DNA from: Cyanophyceae cyanobacterium
GTDB lineage: Bacteria; Cyanobacteriota; Cyanobacteriia; Cyanobacteriales; Laspinemataceae
DNA: 64,000 nucleotides
Direction of reading: 5' to 3'
NCBI GenBank assembly: GCA_038321985.1
Contig: JBBQFN010000008.1
Span: 125,629-189,628 of the forward strand
The stretch's first letter is position 1; each line of letters begins with the position of its first letter. The position numbers and the translations under genes are program-made. Below are positions 39,301-47,879 of the stretch, one piece after another. The notes below the pieces were generated by a model. That model did no database searches. It was not told the DNA's origin and worked only from the letters and a program-made list of their open reading frames with translations.

Positions 39301-42267
39301 GTTTTGATGTTGGAAGCGGTATTCATCGCGGTTTTCCCCGGAATCTAAAAGGCGAATCCACCCCAATTTGAGGAGTTCGCCCTCGTCTGGATGCACTCGG
39401 TTTACCCAAAAGCTGGGGTCTTCTATAAATTCGTGAGGACTGTACCCTAACAATGTGCTAACATTGGAACTGATAAAGGTAACGGCCCGGTCGTTGAAGG
39501 CTTTCCGACTATAGATGACGGCAGGACTAGAACTGAGTAAATATTGCAGGCGTTCTGTCGCCATGCGTTCCTCTAAATCGGCTTGTTTGCGATCAATGCC
39601 GATAGCGAGTCGATCGGCGATCGTGCTGAGATAGTCGAGGGTTGTTTGGTGAAAAGGGTGATGGGCAAAAATTTCCATGACCCCCACCACCAAATCATCG
39701 ACACTTAAGGGATAGCCGGCGAAAGCCACGAGTCCAGATTCCTTTACCCAGTCGCCACCGCCGGGGTGTGTAAGAGTATCATTGTTCCAGTAGGCTTGGC
39801 GTAATTCGGCAATATGTTGGGGGTTGAATTCCCCTTGGAGAATGCGATCGCCGGACGGGGGAATGCAGGTTCCGGCACTGGCTTGTAATTCCAAGTGCTG
39901 ACTTGAATCCCGGGTCCAAATGGCAACAAAGGCGGCATCCAAATGTTGAACAATCTCTAGGGCACACCGTTGCAGAATCTGACGTAAACTTCCTAACTGA
40001 GTGAGAGCAACTCCCACTTCAGCACCAAGGGTCGCCTGTCGCGATCGCTCCCTCAATTCGTCTTCACTCCGTTTGCGTTCGGTAATATTCGTGGCTGTCC
40101 CGGTTGTCCCCAGGACATTCCCAAGTTCGTCGTGCAAAATTACGGCATTAAAACTTAAATAAACCGTGCTGCCATCCTTGCGGATATATTCAGTTTCATA
40201 CTGGGAACATGACTCCCCGGCCAACAGGCGCTGGAAAAGTTCCCAATCCTTTTGGGCAGCAACCGGGGTCTGAAATTCCCTAAACTGACGCCCTAACATT
40301 TCTTCCGGTTCATATCCATAAATATGGAGAGTGGCGGGATTTAGAAAAGTCCAACGCCCTTGATTATCCGCCGACCAAATTAAATCTTGGGAGGTTTCGA
40401 CTAAATCGCGATATTTGCGTTCACTGGCTCGAATTGTTTCTTCCGCTTGTTTGCGATAGGTAATATCCGAGAGGGTGGTTAACAAGGATCTTTCGCCATT
40501 AAAGGTAATAAATTGAATGGAGATTAACGTCCAAACTGAAGTACCATCGGCTTTTTTAATATGCAATTCGTACCCAGACAGCAAGCCTTCTTTCATCAGA
40601 CGAGCCAGCATTACCGGGCGATCGCTGGGATTAAAATAAAAGTCAGGGGTTTTTTGGCCGATTAACTGGTCGAGGGAAATTCCTAACAGTTCCCCTAAAA
40701 GTTGGTTGGCATAGACCATTGTCCCATCGGAAATTCGGCTGATGAGTAAGGGAACGGAGGTTCCTTGCGCGATCGCTTTAAAGCGCTCTTCACTTTCTCG
40801 TAAGGCTTGTTCAACTTGCTTGCGTTCCGTGATATCATCTAAGGTCCCATACATCCCGATGATTGTGCCATTTTCGTTCAAATAGCGGCTACCACAAACA
40901 CTCAGCCATCGGATATTTCCATCTTGAGTCCGAACTCTAATTTCAAAGCACTTATAGTTAATTTCATGGGTTAGTAAAGCCAATCCCTCGCGACCCTCGG
41001 CGCGTTCCTCCTCCACAACAAACTCTAAGAATGACCGTCCCAGACTTTCTTCTACAGTAAATCCTGTCATCTCAGTCCAAGCCGGATTCAGAAAAGTCCA
41101 ACATCCCTCTTGGTCAGTTTGAAAAATTACTTCCTTGATGTTATCTACCACCGAGCGATATTTAGCTTCACTTTGTTGGCGGCCCGCAATTTCTTGCTGT
41201 AATCGCTCATTTGCGGCTTGTAATTCCGTCGTGCGATCGCCGACTAACTCTTCTAAATGTTCTTGATAATGTCGTAATTCCTGCTGGCTGCGAACCCGTT
41301 CACACTCTTCCATCCCTAATGCCACAAAATCCGCAAGGGAACCGATCATCTGTTGCTCCTCTAGCAACCACTTCCGCGCGATTCCCAGGTGTTCACAACA
41401 GACGACGCCCACAACTTGACCCCCCAAGCGAATTGGTGCATCCAGCATGGAGGCAATTCCCAAGGGTGTGAGATAGTGGGCGGAAAATTCTTGGGTAGCA
41501 GGATGAGTGTGAGCGTCATCAGCTGCGATCACCCGGTTGCTGCCGAGGGCCTGGAAATAGCGCGGGTAGTCATGGGCGAACAGTTCGAGTCCCTCGGAAT
41601 GCCGGTGTTCGGAACGCTCGAACAAATTCACACATTGAATAGCAGAGCAGTCGCTATTGTAGCACCAAATACTGACTCTTTCTACATCTAGGGTCTGTGC
41701 GGCTACTTCGGTAATTTCCTGGCAGATTTTTGTAAAATTACCTTCTTTGCCTCGGTGAGAAGTTGTAAGGGCTAAAAGAGCGTCATTTTGTCGTTGGATC
41801 AGGCGTTGTTTATGGGGCTCCAGCCAGCGATCGCGGGTGATCAGTTCCCGATGCTGAATTGCCCGTCTGACTGTGCGGATCAGCACTTCCTCGTGGAGTT
41901 CGTCCGTAAACAAACAGCCTTGTGCGCCAGCGGCGATCGCCTTTAACGCCAGCTCTTCCTCCTCTCCCTCTATCACCGCCACAATTCCGGATGCAAGTTG
42001 GGGATTTGACCCGGACGACTCCCCAAGTAAACTATTTAAATAAAGGTGATGAAGGCGATCAAGTCCCAAATTTTCATCCTTGCACAACTCCACCACAATT
42101 GCATCAAACTGCTGTTCTTTTAACTGGGCGATCGCCTTATCTAACGAGTCGATACAGGTTAACCCCCTCTCCAGGTTAGGGGCTGCGGATAAAAGCCCTT
42201 GAATGGGTTTACCTTTGTTGAGTTTATTTTCAACCCACAGAATTTTCAGAACCAAATTGCTTGACAT
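36346..42267 (-). CDS. Large hybrid histidine kinase: pseudo-REC, 2 GAF, about 6 PAS, HisKA, HATPase, 2 REC, Hpt
   Basis: [17 protein letters not shown] and GGTGLGL. Receivers LLDMQMP and FMDCQMP. Hpt-like AHQIQGGS. Confidence 0.93.
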   Translation of the reverse strand: MSSNLVLKILWVENKLNKGKPIQGLLSAAPNLERGLTCIDSLDKAIAQLKEQQFDAIVVELCKDENLGLDRLHHLYLNSLLGESSGSNPQLASGIVAVIEGEEEELALKAIAAGAQGCLFTDELHEEVLIRTVRRAIQHRELITRDRWLEPHKQRLIQRQNDALLALTTSHRGKEGNFTKICQEITEVAAQTLDVERVSIWCYNSDCSAIQCVNLFERSEHRHSEGLELFAHDYPRYFQALGSNRVIAADDAHTHPATQEFSAHYLTPLGIASMLDAPIRLGGQVVGVVCCEHLGIARKWLLEEQQMIGSLADFVALGMEECERVRSQQELRHYQEHLEELVGDRTTELQAANERLQQEIAGRQQSEAKYRSVVDNIKEVIFQTDQEGCWTFLNPAWTEMTGFTVEESLGRSFLEFVVEEERAEGREGLALLTHEINYKCFEIRVRTQDGNIRWLSVCGSRYLNENGTIIGMYGTLDDITERKQVEQALRESEERFKAIAQGTSVPLLISRISDGTMVYANQLLGELLGISLDQLIGQKTPDFYFNPSDRPVMLARLMKEGLLSGYELHIKKADGTSVWTLISIQFITFNGERSLLTTLSDITYRKQAEETIRASERKYRDLVETSQDLIWSADNQGRWTFLNPATLHIYGYEPEEMLGRQFREFQTPVAAQKDWELFQRLLAGESCSQYETEYIRKDGSTVYLSFNAVILHDELGNVLGTTGTATNITERKRSEDELRERSRQATLGAEVGVALTQLGSLRQILQRCALEIVQHLDAAFVAIWTRDSSQHLELQASAGTCIPPSGDRILQGEFNPQHIAELRQAYWNNDTLTHPGGGDWVKESGLVAFAGYPLSVDDLVVGVMEIFAHHPFHQTTLDYLSTIADRLAIGIDRKQADLEERMATERLQYLLSSSPAVIYSRKAFNDRAVTFISSNVSTLLGYSPHEFIEDPSFWVNRVHPDEGELLKLGWIRLLDSGENRDEYRFQHQNGEWRWMRDEQKLVRDEAGNPLEIIGYWADISDLKLAESAWVETSTRLDNILSSIDDILWSVSLPNRTLLYMNQAAEKIYGRTIKEFLNNPNLWAELIHPEDYEKLQTFFQTLPLIESKDIEYRIVRPDGEIRWLRDRARIIYDASGTPVRIDGLATDITEHKGYEAALEQERQQLRQIVTYAPVAMAMFDREMRYLAYSDRWCLDYDLTEHSLLGCSYYEIFPHVGTRWRSIYQQALTGTVMSSSEDLWENADGSHCYVSWAIHPWYSDQTEVGGIVIVSIAINELVEAREQALEAARLKSQFLANMSHEIRTPMNGVLGMTELLLRTELTAQQRDFLQTLKISGENLLTLIDDILDFSKLEAGEMRLDCHEFDLNRTLEDAIDLFAMSAASKKIELAVLVAPDVPRYLKGDASRLRQILTNLLGNAIKFTQRGEVVITVTWAEPPREGAQNPTAVVSPITLIFSVRDSGIGIAPSDRNKLFQSFSQVDASTTRKYGGTGLGLAICKQLSQLMGGEIGVESQVGMGSTFWFKVQFERVETGNFNLGFTQPSSLDASCSILHGKKLLIVDDSPINRQVVHQQASHWRMEVSEAEDGLEAIKLLRKAVNEGSPFDLALLDMQMPKMDGEILGQLILSEPVLANTSLIMMTSINESNHAQQFLDLGFSAYLIKPVKESRLLECLIRGIRAGFQEVSASDISATISNFQAKIKASNQQYALKILLVEDTRINQKVVLNQLDSLGFQADCANDGQEALDKMKEQEYDIVFMDCQMPVLDGYDATRTIRQEEGERRHTVVIGLTAYAMEGDRQKCLAAGMDDYLTKPVSVEDLQRAIAQWHRRTEGSAIAPEFSPIQTQEGLAADSSPGFIPQFPSDSGELPIDENQLLVIARGDRAFAGELLTAFIEDCKLYLQDASQAVTQRDGLSLERKAHQIQGGSATIAAIAMPELAANLEKQAKKTNFEEAGELVLQLEKILNQIEKWVNDWQV

Positions 42268-42649
42268 ATAGTAAATTTTATAGCATTTACGCCATTTCTG
42301 AACGATGGGCTACCACCCAACCTGCCTTAGAGTTTTCATATCCCTCTTAAAAATCTTAGCTTACTCAGCTTCAATTCCCTAAATTTATGGGAATTCAATA
42401 GCGTTCATGCCCCAATTAATAGGCATTTTTTCTTAGGGTCTCCCCTTTAAATCAACCAGACAATTTCTTGAAGCGGTTTTGACCTTAACGGGGTTTACCC
42501 CTTGCTAGTTTTATGGGGAATACTTTCTCTAGGGGGATTTTATAATTTTACGAGTGACGGTACTTGCCCTTTCCCGGTTTTAATGTTAATGAGAAAATAA
42601 TTTAAACAGGTTATTATCAAGAGGTTTTCAAATTATTTAAGACCTAGAA

Positions 42650-42725
42650 TAGACTTCTTACAAAATTCTCAAAAGTTCCCTTATTAAGGGTGGGTAAATT
42701 TCCAGAAGGGTTGGCAAGAAGTCTA
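42650..42725. mobile_element. Small MITE-like element with terminal inverted repeats
   Basis: Left end TAGACTTCTTACAAA and right end TTGGCAAGAAGTCTA are 13/15 complementary. 76 bp, non-coding. Resembles the cyanobacterial TAGAC(C/T)TCTTGCA repeat, recalled from memory. Confidence 0.55.
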
Positions 42726-42847
42726 ATAAAGGGAACTCCCTTACTCTCCCTAATTCTTATCGAAAAAATCAGACAGTTCCCCTTCTAAAAGGCATTTATC
42801 TAATTAATTTAAAACTTCTATAAATTAACGCCCATACTTTTAAAATT

Positions 42848-43186
42848 TTATCCGACTTTTAAACCAAAATAAATCAAAATTAAATCCCTAGAACTGTTAT
42901 TAACGACCTCATGAACCTCCCCCGGTTCTATGGCGATACAAGTTCCAGTTTCTAACGGATAGTCCCTCCCATTAACCCGAATTAAACCTGCACCTTGGGA
43001 CACAAAGAAAACCTCCCACATATCAGTGTGAGCATGGGCTGCAGCGACTTGACCCGGAGCAAATGTGGCCTGAGAAAAGTTGAGAAGAGGGGGCAGATCT
43101 CCGGCTTTAAGCATCACTTTTTTTTGAATAGCCGGGTTATGGGAAACGGATTCTGTGGGGAGTTGGGTTAAGCTAGTAATTTTCAT
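42848..43186 (-). CDS. Cupin-domain protein
   Basis: HAHTDMWEVF ... IEPGEVHEVVN cupin metal-binding motifs. Confidence 0.88.
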   Translation of the reverse strand: MKITSLTQLPTESVSHNPAIQKKVMLKAGDLPPLLNFSQATFAPGQVAAAHAHTDMWEVFFVSQGAGLIRVNGRDYPLETGTCIAIEPGEVHEVVNNSSRDLILIYFGLKVG

Positions 43187-43192
43187 AAACCG

Positions 43193-44023
43193 TTAGAGAA
43201 TCGAATGTAACTTTTGAGCGGCTATTTGAATGGGTTCTAGCAACTCTAAAGGCAAATGAAACTGATTGAGTTGACTAGATTCTTTAGAACCAATACTAGG
43301 TCCGTGATAGTCACTACCTCCCGTCATGAGTAACCCATATTCTGCACAGAATTGTTCTAACTTATAAACTTGATTAGGGGTATGGTGGGGATGATACACT
43401 TCAACCCCCATTAAACCGGCTTCTACCATTTCTTTTAAGACCGTTTCAACGGATCCCCCTCGAAATAAATAAGGGTGAGCCCATACTGGCACAGCCCCGC
43501 ATTGTCGCAACAGGTTAATTCCTTCCTGAATAGAAAATTTGTCATAATGAACGTAAGCTGGTTTATCCTCACCAATCCACCGTTCAAAAGCCTCTTGACA
43601 AGTTTTGATATAACCGGCTTTGAGTAAGGCGGCGGCAATATGGGGGCGTCCGGGAGCCATTCCGCCTTTTGAAGGGGGTAATTCCACGGGATATCCAAGC
43701 TCCGCTAATTTGTCCAGGGTCTGTTTAGCGCGGTCAATTCGGCCTTGTAGTCGTTCGTTTAAGGGCTTTTGTAATTTTTCCGGGTCGGGATAAAAGCCTA
43801 AAATATGCAGCGATCGCCCGTTGTGAACGGTACTGAGTTCGAGTCCCGGAATGATTTCAATCCCCTGAGATTCGGCCGCGGCGATCGCTTCAGGCCATCC
43901 GGATATCGTATCATGGTCAGTAATCGCTAAGGCCCGCACCCCGGCAGCGACGGCGCAGGCGACCAGTTGCGTGGGGGTCAGAGTTCCATCGGAATAAGTT
44001 GTATGACAGTGAAGTTCTAGCAT
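43193..44023 (-). CDS. PHP-domain metal-dependent phosphoesterase (TrpH/YciV-like)
   Basis: ELHCHTTYSDG, AITDHD, GRPH, WAHP and GGSDYHG motifs. Confidence 0.92.
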   Translation of the reverse strand: MLELHCHTTYSDGTLTPTQLVACAVAAGVRALAITDHDTISGWPEAIAAAESQGIEIIPGLELSTVHNGRSLHILGFYPDPEKLQKPLNERLQGRIDRAKQTLDKLAELGYPVELPPSKGGMAPGRPHIAAALLKAGYIKTCQEAFERWIGEDKPAYVHYDKFSIQEGINLLRQCGAVPVWAHPYLFRGGSVETVLKEMVEAGLMGVEVYHPHHTPNQVYKLEQFCAEYGLLMTGGSDYHGPSIGSKESSQLNQFHLPLELLEPIQIAAQKLHSIL

Positions 44024-44233
44024 AATTTAATTATAAGTGAAATTCCCCCTTATAGGGTGCTTAAGTTATTAACAATTATAGCCATTTTTCTGCGCCGGGG
44101 AACGGCAAAATGGAGGGTTTCCCCTAGGCTGTTGATAGGGGTGGGGAGAGCCGATCCTCCCAGTTTTCAATTATGTTTTACAACGGATTTATAGAGGTTT
44201 TAACGGGCCTGAGGTACAAATCTGATTATAGAT

Positions 44234-44291
44234 TTAGGAGTGTGAGCCAGATGCTCACTCAAGTTAGTGAGCATCTGGCTCACACTCCTAA
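44234..44291. repeat. Perfect 26-bp inverted repeat made of two REP-like units (BIME-like)
   Basis: TTAGGAGTGTGAGCCAGATGCTCACT-caagtt-AGTGAGCATCTGGCTCACACTCCTAA. Each arm has its own GTGAGC-5nt-GCTCAC hairpin. Confidence 0.85.
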
Positions 44292-44445
44292 TAGCGGTCT
44301 TTACTAACGGAGCCTGGGAAACGTGATATCTCGGTTACTGGGTTTCGGGGTTAGGTTGCGTAAGTTATGGGTTCTTTCGGTGGGGATCAACCGAGAAGGG
44401 AAGCTCTCACTTAAATTTCATTCCTTTTCGACAGAGGGGGACATT

Positions 44446-47019
44446 TTATCCGTTGCGGGCAAGCTGGTTTTCGGCTAAAATTAGGTTTAAAGCCGCTTCA
44501 CTGTCCACGGGTTTAGAAAAAAAGTACCCTTGGGCGTAATCACAATCGAGGGTTCGCAGAAGTTCCACCTGTTGGGCTGTTTCCACCCCTTCGGCGATCG
44601 CATCCAGACCGAGGGTGTGAGCTAAAGCAATGGTCGTTTGAACCAGTTCTGAACTTTCATCTAACCCTCGCATCCGGCTGACAAAACTGCGGTCAATTTT
44701 TAGAGTATCGAGGGGCAATTCGTGCAGGCGGGCCAAGGAAGAGTACCCGGTCCCGAAATCATCGATGGAGAGGTTAATTCCCAAGGCTTTAATGCGATCG
44801 AGAAGTGCTAAGGCGGACCCTGTATTTTTCAGAATCACACTCTCCGTAATTTCTAACTTTAGGTAACGCCCGCAAATCCCGCTCGATCGCAGAGTCTGCT
44901 CGATCCGTTCAATCATCCCGACTTGAGAGAAGTTGACTCCGGAGACATTGACACTCACCGTCAAATGGGCAGCCGCGGGATATCTGCGTTGCCACCACCC
45001 TAACTGACGGCACGCCTCGGACATCACCCAGCGGTCGATCGCCCCAATCTGTCCAGTTTCCTCCGCTAACGGGATAAATTCACCGGGGGGAACCAGACCT
45101 AAAGTTGGGTGATTCCAGCGCACGAGGGCTTCAAATCCCACCAGGCATCCGTTGCCCAGAGAGATGATCGGCTGATAGTACACTTGAAAGGGCAGGCGTT
45201 CAGAAGAACAGCTATGGACCGTCTGCGCGATCGCCCGTTGCAAATCCGTTTCCAACTGCAAGCGAGCTACTGCACCGTCATGCATATCCGGAGCAAAAGA
45301 GACTGACTGGCCCTGCCCTTGCTGGCGAGCGTAATGAAGTGCGGTATCCGCGTCGCGCAGGAGTTCTGCTGATCGCTGATACTCTCCGTTAGTATCGAGG
45401 GCAATCCCGATACTAACGGAGGAAAAAATCTCCTGTTCGTCTAGGGAAAAGGGAAACCGCATGGCGGATTGGATGCGATCGGCTATTCCGGTAACGTCGG
45501 AGAGTTTAGTGATGTCATCGAGCAAAATAGCGAACTCGTCCCCCCCGATTCGAGCTAGGGTCGCCCCGGGACTCAAACAGGACTGGAGGCGCTGCGCGGT
45601 GGCAACTAGCAGGCGGTCGGCGACCCAGTGACCCAGGCTATATTTGACGATGCGGAAGCGGTCGATATCCAGTAAGATGACGGCGACTCGGGACAATGGC
45701 ACTTCGCTTTCCAGTTGGGTTTCCCTTGGGCAGTTGTAGCGGTTCTGGATCGCGGTTTGCAGGGATTTGATGAATGAACAACGGTTTGCTAATCCAGTCA
45801 GCGGATCGGTGAAGGCATAGCGCCGCAGCAAATCTTTGATATGTTTGCGATCGGTGATATCCCGCGCCACCCACATGACGCGCTCGCCATCGAGGGGGGA
45901 AATTTTGGCGGAAAATGACACCAGGCGATCGCTCACGAAGAGTTCGTACTCAAAATCGAGGGACTGTTGTTGCTGGATGGCTTGTTGGATATATTCAAGA
46001 AAGCGATCGGCTAACTCGGGCGTAAAGATGTCATGGAGGGTTTTGCCCACCAGTTGCGATTCGGAATAGTCTAGCAATGGAGAAGCACTCGGCAAGATTT
46101 TAAGATAGCATCCTCGGGCATCAAACAACAGGACCACTTCGTGAATGGAATTTAAAAGGGCGGTCATTTCCCTATGGACGGATTGCAGTGCCGCCTCACT
46201 TTGCCAGCGATCGGTGATGTCTTGCACCATGGAAATAATTCCGATAAACTGGCCTTGGGGCGTAAACACAGGGGTATTATACCATTCACAAACAATGGTG
46301 TTGCCCGATTTAGTCAGGTTTTCGTTTACGCTATGGGCGGTGAGGTCCCCTTGGATGAGCCGCTGCACAACTTCGGCAACCTGCACTCGTGCCTGGGGCG
46401 GGACGATCAAGTCTACCTTTTGGCCTATCACTTCCTGACTACTATAACCCAAGAGTCTTTCCGCCGCAGCGTTGCAGGTTACAAACAGAGCGTCGGCATC
46501 AAAAAGAATATGTGCGACTGGCATCTGGCTGATATGAAATTGCAGGGATTCTAATAAGCGATCGCCAGATTCGATACTTTGATGAGTAAGGGGGTTTGTT
46601 TCCGGATTTTGTTCTATCGCCATCAAACTTAGAGGCGTTTTTTCTGCGGTTTCTGGTCCTAAAGGTGGGTCCCAATACCGTTTTTCCCAGGTTGGGGGGT
46701 CGGTCAGGACCTGGGGGCTTTCCCTAGGGACTCCTTTGCCTCCTCCGAGTCCGGCATTTTCGGGGAGACCCTCTTTTTGTGGTACCCAGGGGAAGGGTGA
46801 TTTTCGGTAGCGGGCGATCGCCAGATAAAGCAGTGCAATAGTTGTTATAGACAGTCCCAAAGCCCAGCCCAAGTCTCCTGCTGAGTTTTGGGCGATCGCA
46901 TCCTCTGTACCCCTGAACCGGAGAAGTTCTAAGCCGATTAAACAGAGGCTACTCCAGATTATAACTCGTTCTGGCTCGGCAACTTTGAGTTCCCATTCAT
47001 TAGCATAATCGCGTTTCAT
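44446..47019 (-). CDS. Membrane-anchored PAS-PAS-GGDEF-EAL protein (c-di-GMP metabolism)
   Basis: TDPLTGLANR, ARIGGDEF, GFEALVRW, LEITES, IDDFGTGYSS, KIDRSF and AEGVET motifs. Confidence 0.93.
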   Translation of the reverse strand: MKRDYANEWELKVAEPERVIIWSSLCLIGLELLRFRGTEDAIAQNSAGDLGWALGLSITTIALLYLAIARYRKSPFPWVPQKEGLPENAGLGGGKGVPRESPQVLTDPPTWEKRYWDPPLGPETAEKTPLSLMAIEQNPETNPLTHQSIESGDRLLESLQFHISQMPVAHILFDADALFVTCNAAAERLLGYSSQEVIGQKVDLIVPPQARVQVAEVVQRLIQGDLTAHSVNENLTKSGNTIVCEWYNTPVFTPQGQFIGIISMVQDITDRWQSEAALQSVHREMTALLNSIHEVVLLFDARGCYLKILPSASPLLDYSESQLVGKTLHDIFTPELADRFLEYIQQAIQQQQSLDFEYELFVSDRLVSFSAKISPLDGERVMWVARDITDRKHIKDLLRRYAFTDPLTGLANRCSFIKSLQTAIQNRYNCPRETQLESEVPLSRVAVILLDIDRFRIVKYSLGHWVADRLLVATAQRLQSCLSPGATLARIGGDEFAILLDDITKLSDVTGIADRIQSAMRFPFSLDEQEIFSSVSIGIALDTNGEYQRSAELLRDADTALHYARQQGQGQSVSFAPDMHDGAVARLQLETDLQRAIAQTVHSCSSERLPFQVYYQPIISLGNGCLVGFEALVRWNHPTLGLVPPGEFIPLAEETGQIGAIDRWVMSEACRQLGWWQRRYPAAAHLTVSVNVSGVNFSQVGMIERIEQTLRSSGICGRYLKLEITESVILKNTGSALALLDRIKALGINLSIDDFGTGYSSLARLHELPLDTLKIDRSFVSRMRGLDESSELVQTTIALAHTLGLDAIAEGVETAQQVELLRTLDCDYAQGYFFSKPVDSEAALNLILAENQLARNG

Positions 47020-47879
47020 AATCTTTAGCTATCCCTTTTAAATGCTTCTAACTTTTGTAAGGTTTGCCCGTGGAAAACTATTGTTTTATGGTAGTTTAAA
47101 ATCGGGGAAAGAAGGACATCATTTAGAGAAAAGCCCTAGAAATTATTGGGTTAAAATGATGCTCTCTTCGAGTTTCCGCAGTCTATCCAGGTTTAGGAGT
47201 GGGTAGTGGCTTTTGTTGCCACGGCTTCCCCGTTGGCGAGGGTATATAGCGAACCTCAGTGAATTTTACCGCAGTACAGAGATCCGATGCTCTCCCTCCT
47301 CAATTTTATGATCCCAAGGATTTAGGCACGCTAGAGAGCAGTCCTAAATAGGTTTGAGAGTAATTCCCCTGTGGAAAATTAGGGAGTGCCAGCCAGCATT
47401 TTGCTGGGTTTTTTACCATTCATTGAGAATTCTTAATAGAGGGGCGAATTTCTTCTAATTCCCAGGAATTATACCCAGCAACTCTTCTATTCTATGATTT
47501 CTTTTTCCTACTGTTCCCTCCCCAGTTTTGGCAATTTTGCCCCGGGCCTGAATTCCTCTTGGGTTTACAAGTTAGGGGGCACGAGGGTGCTAAGGTTTTT
47601 ACAGTTTAGCAGATTTCTGCTCTAATTAATAAGGGTTAACCCCCTCATCTGAGAATTGAGGAAACCCTTTCTTTCGGGAATAATAAATGGATTAATAGCG
47701 ATTGAGTTACAGTTCTAGGCGATCGCCACAGATTAAGATGGATATCATTTAGATGGATGTTCCTTCCAGTTAAAGAAGCGTTAAAAATTAAGTATAACTA
47801 CCCAGGGCAGTGACTTCTCAAAAGCGTCTGGGTAGCTACTTACCTCCTGAACCCGTCCCCTGCTCTTTCTAAGCTAGAA

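Noticed and set aside
47260..47370. ATAGCG.../AGCAGTCCTAAAT motifs resembling cyanobacterial dispersed repeat ends
   Set aside because: No matching partner end or target duplication could be defined.
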